Assembly: GCA_002011035.2 (NCBI GenBank) | Contig: MTLY02000001.1 | Span: forward strand, 1-64,000 | Source of the DNA: Candidatus Hecatella orcuttiae | Lineage (GTDB): Archaea > Thermoproteota > Bathyarchaeia > Hecatellales > Hecatellaceae | DNA: 64,000 bases | Direction: 5' to 3' | Shown: positions 37,857-47,096 of the stretch, one piece after another | How positions within the stretch are numbered: the stretch's first letter is position 1 | Layout: each line of letters opens with the position of its first letter | Position numbers and translations under genes: made by a program | Notes under the pieces: model-generated | The model's database searches: none | Told to the model about the DNA's origin: nothing | The model's input: the letters and a program-made list of their open reading frames with translations, nothing else

Positions 37857-38288
37857 TTATAAAATTTTCCTTCGCAAAAATCTCAGAAAATCTAGCTTAC
37901 TTAAAACTCCTTTCTGCTGAAAGTTTTCAGGTGGAACGGATTTTTTGAGCGGCCTTACTGAGTCAATGACGGAATTATGTATAAATCGTAATATTTCTTC
38001 TTCAAGCTGATTAAAATTTGGAATAAAAACGTAAATGTTGGAAGGAATATATACCATAAAAGGTAATCTGAGTGTATTAGAGTAAAGGCCCTCGGAGGTT
38101 TTTGTGTATATCTTCAAGCTGATTTCCTCCCGATCACGCGGTGACTGGTCTGGGTTATACTCTATTTCAAACGTCCATTCTTGGGGAAGCCTGCGTTGCA
38201 AATATTTCTTCAGAAGAGTGACTAGAGTTTCCCCGTATTTTAAGGCAAACTCCTTCCTTTCTCGTAGGGGTATGGGAAACTTGGGCAC
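37857..38288 (-). CDS. Hypothetical protein
   Basis: 143-aa ORF, co-oriented with the AbrB-like gene; no recognisable motif. Confidence 0.55.
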   Translation of the reverse strand: MPKFPIPLRERKEFALKYGETLVTLLKKYLQRRLPQEWTFEIEYNPDQSPRDREEISLKIYTKTSEGLYSNTLRLPFMVYIPSNIYVFIPNFNQLEEEILRFIHNSVIDSVRPLKKSVPPENFQQKGVLSKLDFLRFLRRKIL

Positions 38289-38509
38289 CTTTCGCCATCT
38301 CCACCTTGAACTAGGCTCACCAGTGGTAAAGTCTACGGAAGCACATAAGTTTATTTAAGCTTGAATAAGCGACTTGGAACTGCTAAGTTGCAACTTATAT
38401 TAAATAGTGTTGAAAGTTGAAGGAACAGAACCTGAGTAACGTAGGTTTGTGCCCCTTTGCAGAAGTTTTCCGTAATCTTGTTTTTTGCGCGTCTCCGCCG
38501 TTTTCGATT

Positions 38510-38537
38510 TTTTGGACGGTTATTAAACCCTCCAAAA
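38510..38537 (+). other. Putative right recombination site (attR-like)
   Basis: TTTTGGACGGT-TATTAA-ACCCTCCAAAA; overlaps the perfect 22-bp palindrome ACCCTCCAAAATTTTGGAGGGT (38527-38548). Confidence 0.6.
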
Positions 38538-38583
38538 TTTTGGAGGGTAGAAGCGTGATGCGTCCCAGCTTTGCAGATTGACC

Positions 38584-39057
38584 TCATGATTCCAGTTCTT
38601 TCAAAATAGCATCAACAACCCGAAGACCGGCTTCCCGAACTTTCGCCGTTATCCGCTTCGTGAAGACGGAGAAATCTTTTATTTCTATGGCGTAGACCAC
38701 TATTTCTTTCGGCATTCTATTGGGAGCATAGTTTTCACCAAGTCTTAAAGCGGTGGCGAAATTCAAGTCATGGGAGGAAGAAAGGTGACGGGTGCTGTCA
38801 AACTCCGAGGGGGAAAGCCTAAATATTCGGCCTACCTCAGTCTTTCCAGTTGCTATGGCGTCTACAACTATCACTTTATCGTAGTCCAGCATTTCCTCTA
38901 TGAGCCTTAATCCTCCCGCACTGGCCTCCTTGACATCGATGTCTGTGCGGCGGCGCAACCGTTTTTTTAAATCTCGAGCAACCTGTATGCCTATCCCATC
39001 GTCTCCTAAGATTTCATTGCCTACGCCCAGTATCAAAGTTTTCAACTTGATCTTCAA
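38584..39057 (-). CDS. Hydrogenase maturation protease
   Basis: LGVGNEILGDDGIG, IVVDA, SSH. Confidence 0.93.
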   Translation of the reverse strand: MKIKLKTLILGVGNEILGDDGIGIQVARDLKKRLRRRTDIDVKEASAGGLRLIEEMLDYDKVIVVDAIATGKTEVGRIFRLSPSEFDSTRHLSSSHDLNFATALRLGENYAPNRMPKEIVVYAIEIKDFSVFTKRITAKVREAGLRVVDAILKELES

Positions 39058-39151
39058 CAGATCAGTAAGCGATGGGCAGATAAAGATTACGAAGTAAACT
39101 TCCAGCGCCTAAATATAAAATAGAGGAATAGTTAAACTTCAAAATAAAAAA

Positions 39152-40612
39152 TTAGAAGCGCGTCAACCTCTTCTTGAGCTTTCCGCGACTATCGTAAATG
39201 TCAACTTCAAGAGGCATCTGACCGGGCAGCGTGTGGGTGGCGCAAGCGAAACAGGGATCGTAGGCTCGGAAAGCCATTTCCACCATGTTTAGTATTCCCG
39301 GCGACACTTCACCGTTCTTGATTAACCCCTCTGCCGCTTTTTTAATGGACATGCATATAGCGGCATGGTTATTGGTAGTACCCACTATAAGGTTAACTTT
39401 CTGCACGATCCCCCTTTCATCAGTCTGATAATGGTGGTAAAGAGTGCCACGGGGAGCTTCAACAACGCCTACTCCCTCGCTAGGGGTCTCAGTTATTGGT
39501 CTTCTAACGTTCGGATCTGTTATTTCAGAATCTTGGCTGAGTTCCAAGAGTCTTTCCGCAGCGTAAAGCAATTCCACCAAACGGGCCCAGTGAAAGGCTA
39601 GGGTAGCATGCACGGGCTTTCCGCCTAAGGTTTCGTATAGTTTTTCATACTGCTCCTGAGCAAGAGGCGTCGCCATTCCGTCCGCGGCGTTAAGCCGTGC
39701 GAGAGTGTTGGCGCGGTAGACTCCGCTGTTTTTACCGTCTACAAAACCCTTCCATCCCACTTTTTTTAGGTACGGGAATTTCAGGTAAGACCAAGGTTCC
39801 ACTCGTTCTTCAAGATGATTTAAATAGTCGGAGGCTGGGAATTTCACGAACTCATTGCCGTCCGGGTCTACAACCCTGATTTTTCCGTCGTAAAAGTTCA
39901 CTCGGTTTTTGTCGTCCACCAGACCCATGTAGTAGGTTTTGTGCGTGTAAGTGTCTCCGGTGATGAGGTCCACGTAGGTCTTGTTTTTGAGGACTATGTC
40001 TTCAAAAAGTTTCAAGGAGAACTGCGCAAATTTGACTTCCTCTTTTGCCATTTCCTCTATTCTAGCTCTTTCCGTTTCTTTCAAGGGCTTACTTATTCCG
40101 CCGGGAACACCGAAAGTTGGATGAACTTTCCTCCCGCCGATCATGGACACGATCTCCAAGGCGTCCATTCGCTGTTTTATCACGTACTTTCCGGCTTCCA
40201 CACCTACTTTACGTATCACGCCGAAGATGTTTCGCTCCTCCGGAGGCGCCTCGGGGCCGACGACGAAGTCGGGGCCGCCTAGAATGTAAAAATGAGTGGT
40301 ATGATCGTATACGTAGAAAGCACTGTAGAGGAGTTCCCTGAGTTTTTTAGCCGCGGAACTAGGCTCCACGTTGAAAACAGCATCTAATGTTTTGGTGGAG
40401 GCCATATGGTGGGCTTCAGGACAGACACCGCAAATGCGCGCGGTTATGTCCGGCATTTCCTCTACAAATCGGCCTTCGCAGAATTTTTCGAAACCCCTTA
40501 GCTCGGGGACTTGGAAGTAGGCATTGGCCACATTGCCTCTGTCGTCTAGAAAGATACTTATTTTCCCATGACCTTCAAGCCGGGTTATAGGGTCTATGGT
40601 TACTGTTTTCAT
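39152..40612 (-). CDS. mvhA: [NiFe]-hydrogenase large subunit, group 3c
   Basis: [33 protein letters not shown] plus a cleavable extension. Confidence 0.95.
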   Translation of the reverse strand: MKTVTIDPITRLEGHGKISIFLDDRGNVANAYFQVPELRGFEKFCEGRFVEEMPDITARICGVCPEAHHMASTKTLDAVFNVEPSSAAKKLRELLYSAFYVYDHTTHFYILGGPDFVVGPEAPPEERNIFGVIRKVGVEAGKYVIKQRMDALEIVSMIGGRKVHPTFGVPGGISKPLKETERARIEEMAKEEVKFAQFSLKLFEDIVLKNKTYVDLITGDTYTHKTYYMGLVDDKNRVNFYDGKIRVVDPDGNEFVKFPASDYLNHLEERVEPWSYLKFPYLKKVGWKGFVDGKNSGVYRANTLARLNAADGMATPLAQEQYEKLYETLGGKPVHATLAFHWARLVELLYAAERLLELSQDSEITDPNVRRPITETPSEGVGVVEAPRGTLYHHYQTDERGIVQKVNLIVGTTNNHAAICMSIKKAAEGLIKNGEVSPGILNMVEMAFRAYDPCFACATHTLPGQMPLEVDIYDSRGKLKKRLTRF

Positions 40613-41565
40613 TTTCTTACCCTCCCAAGAATGGATTTGGTTAGAGTAAACTTGTAGAACTTACCTAGGGGGTCTATTACTTTGCCTAGGGCTTCCTTTA
40701 TCTCCTCTTCATCTGTGGAATCCAAGTTTGAGGCTAAGGCCGAAAGCATCTTGGCGCCTTGGTCTTCAATGTTAGGCGAAGGCCCATAGCATCCCCAACA
40801 AGGCATGTTAGCCTTGGGGCACAATGCCCCACAGCCCCCTCTCGTGGCAGGCCCCATGCAGATGACACCTTGCTCTAGAAGGCACTGCTCTTGGTCGGGG
40901 ACGATTTCGTAAGGTCGGTAGATGGTCTTGAATTTGTTCCCCAATCTTTTCCTTTCACATTCATGGCAAAGCGCCCTGTCTGAGGCTCCCACAACTGAGC
41001 CTTTCGGCGGCAGTTTCCCGCTGACGATGGCTTGGATGGCATTCCAAACTTGCTCTCCAACAGGCGGGCATCCGGGAACATAATAGTCCACATCGACAAC
41101 TTCGTCGAGGGTGGAAACATTTTCCCTCAACTCAGGTAACTCCAACTCCCCTTCAGGAATTGAGTATTTCGGCTGAGGCTCCACCTTTTCCGGATTGATT
41201 GTGCTTGGAGTTTCATGGTAGGCTCTGGTGAAGATGTCTTTGACGGTGGTGGCGTTTCCTAAGCCGGGGATACACCCATCTACGGCGCAGGAGCCGAAAG
41301 CTATCATCACCTTAGACTTAGCCCTCAGAAGCTTAGCTACATGCTCATCTTCGCGATTACGAATGGCCCCGTTGAAAAAGCAAACGTCTATGCTTTTGTC
41401 TTCCATTTTCTCCACATCGGAAAATTTGAAGTCCACAGCCGCAGGCCAGAAGACTATGTCAGCAACAGCCATGACATCCAATACTTTTTCCCCTATTTCG
41501 AGAACTGATATTTCGCAGCCTCCGCAGGAAGCAGCCCAGTAGAAGCCCAGTTTCAACTTTCCCAT
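40609..41565 (-). CDS. mvhG: [NiFe]-hydrogenase small subunit
   Basis: SCGGC, GSCA, PGCPP, CHEC, CLL..G.ICMGPAT.GGCGA.CP....CWGC. Confidence 0.95.
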   Translation of the reverse strand: MGKLKLGFYWAASCGGCEISVLEIGEKVLDVMAVADIVFWPAAVDFKFSDVEKMEDKSIDVCFFNGAIRNREDEHVAKLLRAKSKVMIAFGSCAVDGCIPGLGNATTVKDIFTRAYHETPSTINPEKVEPQPKYSIPEGELELPELRENVSTLDEVVDVDYYVPGCPPVGEQVWNAIQAIVSGKLPPKGSVVGASDRALCHECERKRLGNKFKTIYRPYEIVPDQEQCLLEQGVICMGPATRGGCGALCPKANMPCWGCYGPSPNIEDQGAKMLSALASNLDSTDEEEIKEALGKVIDPLGKFYKFTLTKSILGRVRK

Positions 41566-41567
41566 TT

Positions 41568-41999
41568 TTACCGTCCCTCCTTCTTGCCAGTGTTCCAGTT
41601 TAACGGCCCTAGTTGTCTGATTTTCTCTGTCATCTCATGAACTGTTTTGGCGAATTTTTCTCCCTCGGAGGCTGAGATCCATTCTAGCCTCACTCTCTCT
41701 TTCTCTATGCCGAACTGCTCCAGAAGCCTTGAAAGGAGAGTGTACCTTTTTAACATCATATAGTTCCCTTCCATGTAGTGGCAGTCTCCCGGGTGGCATC
41801 CTGCAATGAGAACTCCGTCAGCCCCTTGGGCTAGAGATTTAATTACGAATGTTGGGTCTATTCTGCCTGTGCAGTTAACTCGGATCGTGTACACGTTAGG
41901 TGGGTATTCCATCCTGCTTGTACCAGCCAAGTCGGCTCCCGCGTAGGCACACCACCGACACAGGAAACCGATTATTTTAGGTTCAAACTTCTCTCCCAA
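41568..41999 (-). CDS. mvhD: Hydrogenase [2Fe-2S] subunit D
   Basis: GFLCRWCAYAGADLAG, CTGR, GCHPGDCHY..GN, WISASEG. Confidence 0.96.
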   Translation of the reverse strand: MGEKFEPKIIGFLCRWCAYAGADLAGTSRMEYPPNVYTIRVNCTGRIDPTFVIKSLAQGADGVLIAGCHPGDCHYMEGNYMMLKRYTLLSRLLEQFGIEKERVRLEWISASEGEKFAKTVHEMTEKIRQLGPLNWNTGKKEGR

Positions 42000-42014
42000 T
42001 CAAAACACCCCTTT

Positions 42015-45000
42015 TTAAGTGGCCAAAATTCCCTCCACTTCCGCGTAAATCTGTTTATCTGTGAAACCTTGCTGTTTAATGGCGCTTGAAGGACATGCGG
42101 CAACGCAGACCCCGCAAGCTTTACAGAGGGTTTCTTGCACCACCGCCACTTCTTTTTCCTCGTCAAATTCTATTGCATTAAAGGGACAGGCTCGAATGCA
42201 AACCCGGCAGGCGGAGCAAAGGTTCTCATCAACTACCGCTATATCTGGCTCAACTTCCACTTTACCACGGTCGATAAGCGAGAGCGCCTCAGCTGCAGCT
42301 GCTCCTCCTTGAGCCACCGAGTCAGGTATGTCTTTAGGCCCTTGGCAGGCTCCTGCTATGTAGATGCCGTCGTTGGCCGTGGAGACTGGGGCTAACTTCG
42401 GATGTCTTTCTAGGAAGAAGCCGTCTCTGCTTCGGCTGAGAAGGAATGTTTTAGCGATCTTGTCGCTGTCTTTCCTCGGCTCCAAGGCTACGCTGAGAAT
42501 GACCATGTCCACCGGAATCCGCCGCACTACTCCGAGGAGGGTGTCCTCGCATACTACGATGAGTTTTCCCTCTTCTTCTGGGGTTTCAGCGAAATCTGTA
42601 ACCTCAGCGCCCTTACCTCTTATGAAAATCACTTCCTCGTTCATCACTCTCTTATAGAATTCTTCATACCCTTTGCCGAAGGCTCTGATGTCGATGTAGA
42701 GTTCGTAAACTTTAGCATCGGGTAGTTTCTCCCTAACTAGGTGAGCGAATTTCATGGACTGCATACAACATATCCGGGAACAATATTCGTGGTAGTTTTC
42801 ATCCCGGCTTCCGACGCAGTGGAGGATGGCTATGCTTTTAGGTGCCTCTCCGTTTTTGAGGGTTATCTTACCGCCAGTAGGCCCTGAAGCATTGCACATC
42901 CTCTCAAATTCGAGTGAGGTTACAACATTATCATAGACTCTATAACCGTACTGCCGAGCGATAGAGGGATCGAAAACGTCGAATCCTGTGGCTACAATGA
43001 CGGCTCCAACATCTATCTCCATCACTTCATCTTTCATCTCATGGTTAATTGCCTCCAGATCGCAGGCTTTAACGCATTCCAAGCATTCGGAACATATTCC
43101 GCAATCCATGCAGCGGTCAGCTTCACTTTTAGCTCGCTCGATGTCATAGCCTCGGACTACTTCGCTGAAATCTTTTATCCGCGCGCTAGGCTCTGCAACT
43201 TGAGGCTCAATCCGCTCCTGAACAGGGAAACGTTCTCTGAATTCCGCGATCTGCTCTTCGCTAGGTTCACGGGGAGCCTTCACTTCTTCCGGGGTGGGAG
43301 CTAAAGGCTCTCCTTTCAGGTATCTGTCAATGGACTGGGCGGCCTTTCTACCAGCAGCCATGGCATCGATGACGGTGGCAGGACCAGTTACCACGTCTCC
43401 TCCTGCGAATACACCTTCCAGATTGGTGGCTAGAGTGGCCTCGTCGACCTTCAGCGTCCCCGCGGGGGAAAGCTCTAAGCCTATCTCTTTGACGAATTCT
43501 AGGTCGGGTGTTTGGCCTATAGCAGCGATGAGGTTGTCTACTTCGATGGTGAATTCTGAACCTTCAATGGGAATAGGCCGCCGGCGCCCGCTGGCGTCAG
43601 GAGGGCCTAACTCCATCCGGATACATTCCACTTTTGATATTCGGCCTTTCTCCGCAATGATTCTTTTCGGAGCCACGAGGAACGTTAATTTAACGCCTTC
43701 CATTTCAGCAGCGTGAACTTCCTCCTTGCTGGCAGGCATCTCTTCGCGGGAACGCCTATAGAGAATAGTTGTAGAACTCCCCAGCCTAACTGCCACTCTA
43801 GCAGCGTCGATAGCAGTGTTTCCTCCGCCGACGACCACCACCCTGCGTCCCAGCTGAACTTTTTCACCCATGTTCACTCTGCGGAGAAAATCTAGGCCGG
43901 GGATAACGCCTTCCGAGTCTTCCCCAGGAATTCTGAGGCTCACACTCCGCTGAGCCCCTGCAGCCAAGAAGATGGCCTGGTATTTTTTCTTCAATTCCTT
44001 AAATCGAATCTGTTTTCCTACTTTAACGTTTGTCTTAATTTGCACTCCAAGCTTTTCAATGTAGCCAATGTCCTTGCTGAGGATGTCTCTGGGAAGACGG
44101 TAGGCGGGTATCCCCATCCGCAGCATTCCACCCGGTTCGCTAGCAGCTTCGAATATGGTGACATCATATCCCATGAGGGCTAGGTCATGAGCTGTGGTAA
44201 GACCTGCTGGACCTGAGCCTATGATGGCGACTTTCTTACCGTTTTTAGTTATGGACGGTATCTCTATTTCTTCAACATCAACCTGGTCAGCTGCAAATCT
44301 TTTGAGGGCGGCTATAGACAGAGGCTCGTCGACATATCTGCGGTTGCAGACGTTTTCACAGGGATGATAGCACACCCGGCCGCAGACGGCAGGGAGGGGA
44401 TTAGTTTTCCTGATGAGCTGGTAAGCTTCTTTGAATTTACCTTCAGCGATGAGGGCTAGATACCCCTGAACATCTTGATGGATGGGACAAGCTAACTTAC
44501 AGGGTGGAGTCTCCTTTTTGGAGATGAGGAAAGTATGAGGAACTGCCTGGGGAAACGGCATGTAAATGGCCTTGCGAAGGCCGAGGCCTAAGTCGAATTC
44601 GCTGGGTACTTCAACTGGGCAGACGTTGAGACATTCTCCACAAGCAGTGCATTTTTCAGGGTCTACGTATCTGGCTTTCTTTCTGATTTTGACCTTAAAG
44701 TTGCCTGCGAAACCTGAAAAGCCTTCAATCTCACTGTAAGCCAGTAGCTCAATGTTGGGGTTACTTCCAACCAAAGACATCTTGGGAGTGAGTATGCATG
44801 CAGCACAGTCTAGAGTTGGGAAAGTTTTATCAAACTGCGCCATGTGGCCGCCTATGGTGGGCTCTTTTTCTACTAGGTAGACTTTTTTACCGGAATCAGC
44901 AACTCTAAGAGCCGCCTCGATCCCGGCTATGCCTCCGCCCACAACCAATGTGTTCGGGTTCACACTGAAAGTTTTGATCTCCAAGGGCTCATGATGGGAA

Positions 45001-45389
45001 ACTCTTCTCACGGCAGCTGCTACCAGTCTTTTAGCTTTCTCCGTTGCAGCTTTACTATCCTCCGTAACCCATGAATCCTGCTCCCTGATGTTTGCCATCT
45101 GGAACAGGTACGGGTTCAAGCCTGTTTCATTCAAAACGCGCCTGAAAGTCTGCTCGTGCATCAGCGGTGAACATGAGGAAACAACGATGCGGTTTAAACC
45201 GCATTCCCTGATGTCTTTTTTGATCAAGTCTTGGCCTGGATCAGAGCACATGTATTTGTATTCTCTTGCCACCACAACTCCTTTTAGTTTAGAAGCAAAC
45301 TCTGTTACTTCTTGAACGTTCACTGTCCCTGCAATGTTCGTCCCACAATGGCATATGTAGACTCCAATTCGCTCTTCCACCAAATTCAC
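42015..45389 (-). CDS. hdrA: Heterodisulfide reductase subunit A with inserted GltD-like NAD(P)/FAD module (HdrL-type)
   Basis: GVYICHCGTNIA, NIREQDSW, GGGIAG, DKTFPTLDC, HCVGSRD..YCSRICC, GACQGPKDI. The insert has PPC..ACP, GRVC.HPCE..C, GSGPAG and GGGNTA.D..YRR. Confidence 0.95.
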   Translation of the reverse strand: MNLVEERIGVYICHCGTNIAGTVNVQEVTEFASKLKGVVVAREYKYMCSDPGQDLIKKDIRECGLNRIVVSSCSPLMHEQTFRRVLNETGLNPYLFQMANIREQDSWVTEDSKAATEKAKRLVAAAVRRVSHHEPLEIKTFSVNPNTLVVGGGIAGIEAALRVADSGKKVYLVEKEPTIGGHMAQFDKTFPTLDCAACILTPKMSLVGSNPNIELLAYSEIEGFSGFAGNFKVKIRKKARYVDPEKCTACGECLNVCPVEVPSEFDLGLGLRKAIYMPFPQAVPHTFLISKKETPPCKLACPIHQDVQGYLALIAEGKFKEAYQLIRKTNPLPAVCGRVCYHPCENVCNRRYVDEPLSIAALKRFAADQVDVEEIEIPSITKNGKKVAIIGSGPAGLTTAHDLALMGYDVTIFEAASEPGGMLRMGIPAYRLPRDILSKDIGYIEKLGVQIKTNVKVGKQIRFKELKKKYQAIFLAAGAQRSVSLRIPGEDSEGVIPGLDFLRRVNMGEKVQLGRRVVVVGGGNTAIDAARVAVRLGSSTTILYRRSREEMPASKEEVHAAEMEGVKLTFLVAPKRIIAEKGRISKVECIRMELGPPDASGRRRPIPIEGSEFTIEVDNLIAAIGQTPDLEFVKEIGLELSPAGTLKVDEATLATNLEGVFAGGDVVTGPATVIDAMAAGRKAAQSIDRYLKGEPLAPTPEEVKAPREPSEEQIAEFRERFPVQERIEPQVAEPSARIKDFSEVVRGYDIERAKSEADRCMDCGICSECLECVKACDLEAINHEMKDEVMEIDVGAVIVATGFDVFDPSIARQYGYRVYDNVVTSLEFERMCNASGPTGGKITLKNGEAPKSIAILHCVGSRDENYHEYCSRICCMQSMKFAHLVREKLPDAKVYELYIDIRAFGKGYEEFYKRVMNEEVIFIRGKGAEVTDFAETPEEEGKLIVVCEDTLLGVVRRIPVDMVILSVALEPRKDSDKIAKTFLLSRSRDGFFLERHPKLAPVSTANDGIYIAGACQGPKDIPDSVAQGGAAAAEALSLIDRGKVEVEPDIAVVDENLCSACRVCIRACPFNAIEFDEEKEVAVVQETLCKACGVCVAACPSSAIKQQGFTDKQIYAEVEGILAT

Positions 45390-46279
45390 CTCTCCCTTTT
45401 AATCACACTCACTTTGTAAGGCTCGATGATTTTATCCACCGCCACCAACTCCTGTCCCAAGGCTACTTCACTCTCTATGGGACGACCGAAAGCTAACCCC
45501 AAAAGCTGGGTGAAATATAGTGTAGGCATAGAATAATGGGTTCCGAAAATCGAATTGACCCTATCTTGGGAAGCTTCCAAGTTCATCTGACACAACGGAC
45601 AAGCAGTAGCAATACAGTCCGCCCCTGATCTGGATGCAGCTTTTAACAGTCTTTCGATCAGCTTTAAGGCAGCCTCCTCATTGGTAACCCTCTGCATGCC
45701 GCCGCAACACTTCGCTTTTAAAGGAAACTTGACTGGTTCAGCGCCGATCCATCTGAGAAGCTGTTCCATGGTTTGAGGGTTTTCTTTGTCGTCAAAGGCT
45801 CCGAAAGGGCGAACAGTTTGGCAACCGTAGTAGGGCGCCACTTTCAAACCTTTGAGCGGGGCTGTAACCTTCGATTTCACTGCTTCTTCTCCTACATCGT
45901 TAACTATGATGTCAAGCAGATGACGTACTTTTAATGAGCCATAGTATTTGAGGTTGATTTCCCCTAAAGCCGCGTTCACATTTTCTCTCAGCTCTTTGTT
46001 TTCACATATATACCGATTGGTTTTATCTAGAACAACGTAGCATGCTGGACAGATTGTCGCTATATCCCGATTATACTTTTCAGCTAGAGCTAAGTTCCGG
46101 GCGGCAAGAATGTGAGCCCGCAGTTCGTAGATCGACATGTAGGCAGTAGCTCCGCAGCAGTTCCAATCATTCAATTCTAGAAGGTTCACTCCCAAAACTT
46201 TTGAAGCAGATAATGCAGAAATTTCATAGCTTTTATTCAGCCCTTTAACCGAACATCCCGGAAAATACGTATAATCCAA
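45386..46279 (-). CDS. hdrB: Heterodisulfide reductase subunit B
   Basis: YFPGC, WNCCG, CPAC, YYGC, CCGG, CPLCQMNL. Confidence 0.95.
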   Translation of the reverse strand: MDYTYFPGCSVKGLNKSYEISALSASKVLGVNLLELNDWNCCGATAYMSIYELRAHILAARNLALAEKYNRDIATICPACYVVLDKTNRYICENKELRENVNAALGEINLKYYGSLKVRHLLDIIVNDVGEEAVKSKVTAPLKGLKVAPYYGCQTVRPFGAFDDKENPQTMEQLLRWIGAEPVKFPLKAKCCGGMQRVTNEEAALKLIERLLKAASRSGADCIATACPLCQMNLEASQDRVNSIFGTHYSMPTLYFTQLLGLAFGRPIESEVALGQELVAVDKIIEPYKVSVIKRER

Positions 46280-46891
46280 TTACTTTTCTCCCCCTTTTGA
46301 ACGTTCAACTAGATTTGGCTCCATTTTTTTACTCACTAACCATCTGTCTATTTTATGGAGGTCTTCTACACCTTTGATCGTTTCCACGCCCAGCGGCAGA
46401 CGTCCACGTCTGAAGAGCTTTAGACCTAACATTGCTTGTGACAGAAGTTTTCCAGGTTTAGTTTTAGAGGTTTTCATGCCGTAGGTGGCCATTAGTTTCA
46501 TTTCAGGGATGCGGCCATACTTGTTAACCAGTTCGACGAAAGTTTTAGCTAGAATCGCCGCGCCTTGATGTTCTCCTAGTCCATATTCGATAGCTAGCCT
46601 TTTCAACTCATACATGAAGTCGGTGATTTTAATGCCCGCTGGACATCGGACGGTGCAAAGGTAGCATGAAGTACAAAGCCACATAGTGTTGCTTTTCAAA
46701 ACTCTATCTACCATTTCCGCTCTCAAAGATGCTATGATCTCTCGAGGGGTATAGTCCATAGCCCAGCTTGTCGGACAGGATGCTCCACAACTGCCACATT
46801 GAAGACATTTTTTAATGGTACTGCCTTCAGGGGTTGCGTACAAAGAATCTAGGAAACTTTTTGACTGGATGGAAGAAACGACCTCGGACAG
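46280..46891 (-). CDS. hdrC: Heterodisulfide reductase subunit C; probable CTG start
   Basis: CLQCGSCGASCP, WLCTSCYLCTVRCP. An in-frame CTG at 46891 lies 6 nt after AGGTGA. Confidence 0.93.
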   Translation of the reverse strand: MSEVVSSIQSKSFLDSLYATPEGSTIKKCLQCGSCGASCPTSWAMDYTPREIIASLRAEMVDRVLKSNTMWLCTSCYLCTVRCPAGIKITDFMYELKRLAIEYGLGEHQGAAILAKTFVELVNKYGRIPEMKLMATYGMKTSKTKPGKLLSQAMLGLKLFRRGRLPLGVETIKGVEDLHKIDRWLVSKKMEPNLVERSKGGEK

Positions 46892-46919
46892 TACATTTCA
46901 CCTTGGCTATAGTATTTTC

Positions 46920-47010
46920 GATGGTATATATAAAAATTTTCTATATATAAACAATAAAAATAAATTTTTTACAAATAATAAAAAATAAAAAAGTATATAT
47001 AAATTTTAAC
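46920..47010. promoter_or_regulatory. AT-rich divergent promoter region hdrC/hypE with three TATATATAA motifs
   Basis: TATATATAA occurs at about 46925, 46942 and 46994. Confidence 0.55.
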
Positions 47011-47096
47011 CCCTCATCAACCCCCTCAAAAAGGTTAATTAACCAAGAAAAGGCTGAAAGCACGTAAATGTCTTCCTCAACCAAGAGGTTACACCT

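Larger units (their letters stand above)
36308..38537. mobile_element. Candidate 2.2-kb minimal tyrosine-recombinase integrative element (integrase + 2 small ORFs)
   Basis: Bounded by two related 11-6-11 palindromic sites. The inner flanks form a perfect 17-bp inverted repeat (36329-36345 / 38500-38516). It sits between the 3' ends of lig and the hydrogenase protease gene. Confidence 0.65.

Noticed and set aside
38351-38587. 78-aa minus-strand ORF (and 174-aa ORF 35970-36494)
   Set aside because: They overlap the palindromic recombination-site regions or lig antisense, and show no protein motifs.
10073-45389. Pyrrolysine or selenocysteine read-through in mtmB, mvhA, mvhD or hdrA
   Set aside because: All are uninterrupted ORFs with Trp or Cys at the relevant positions.
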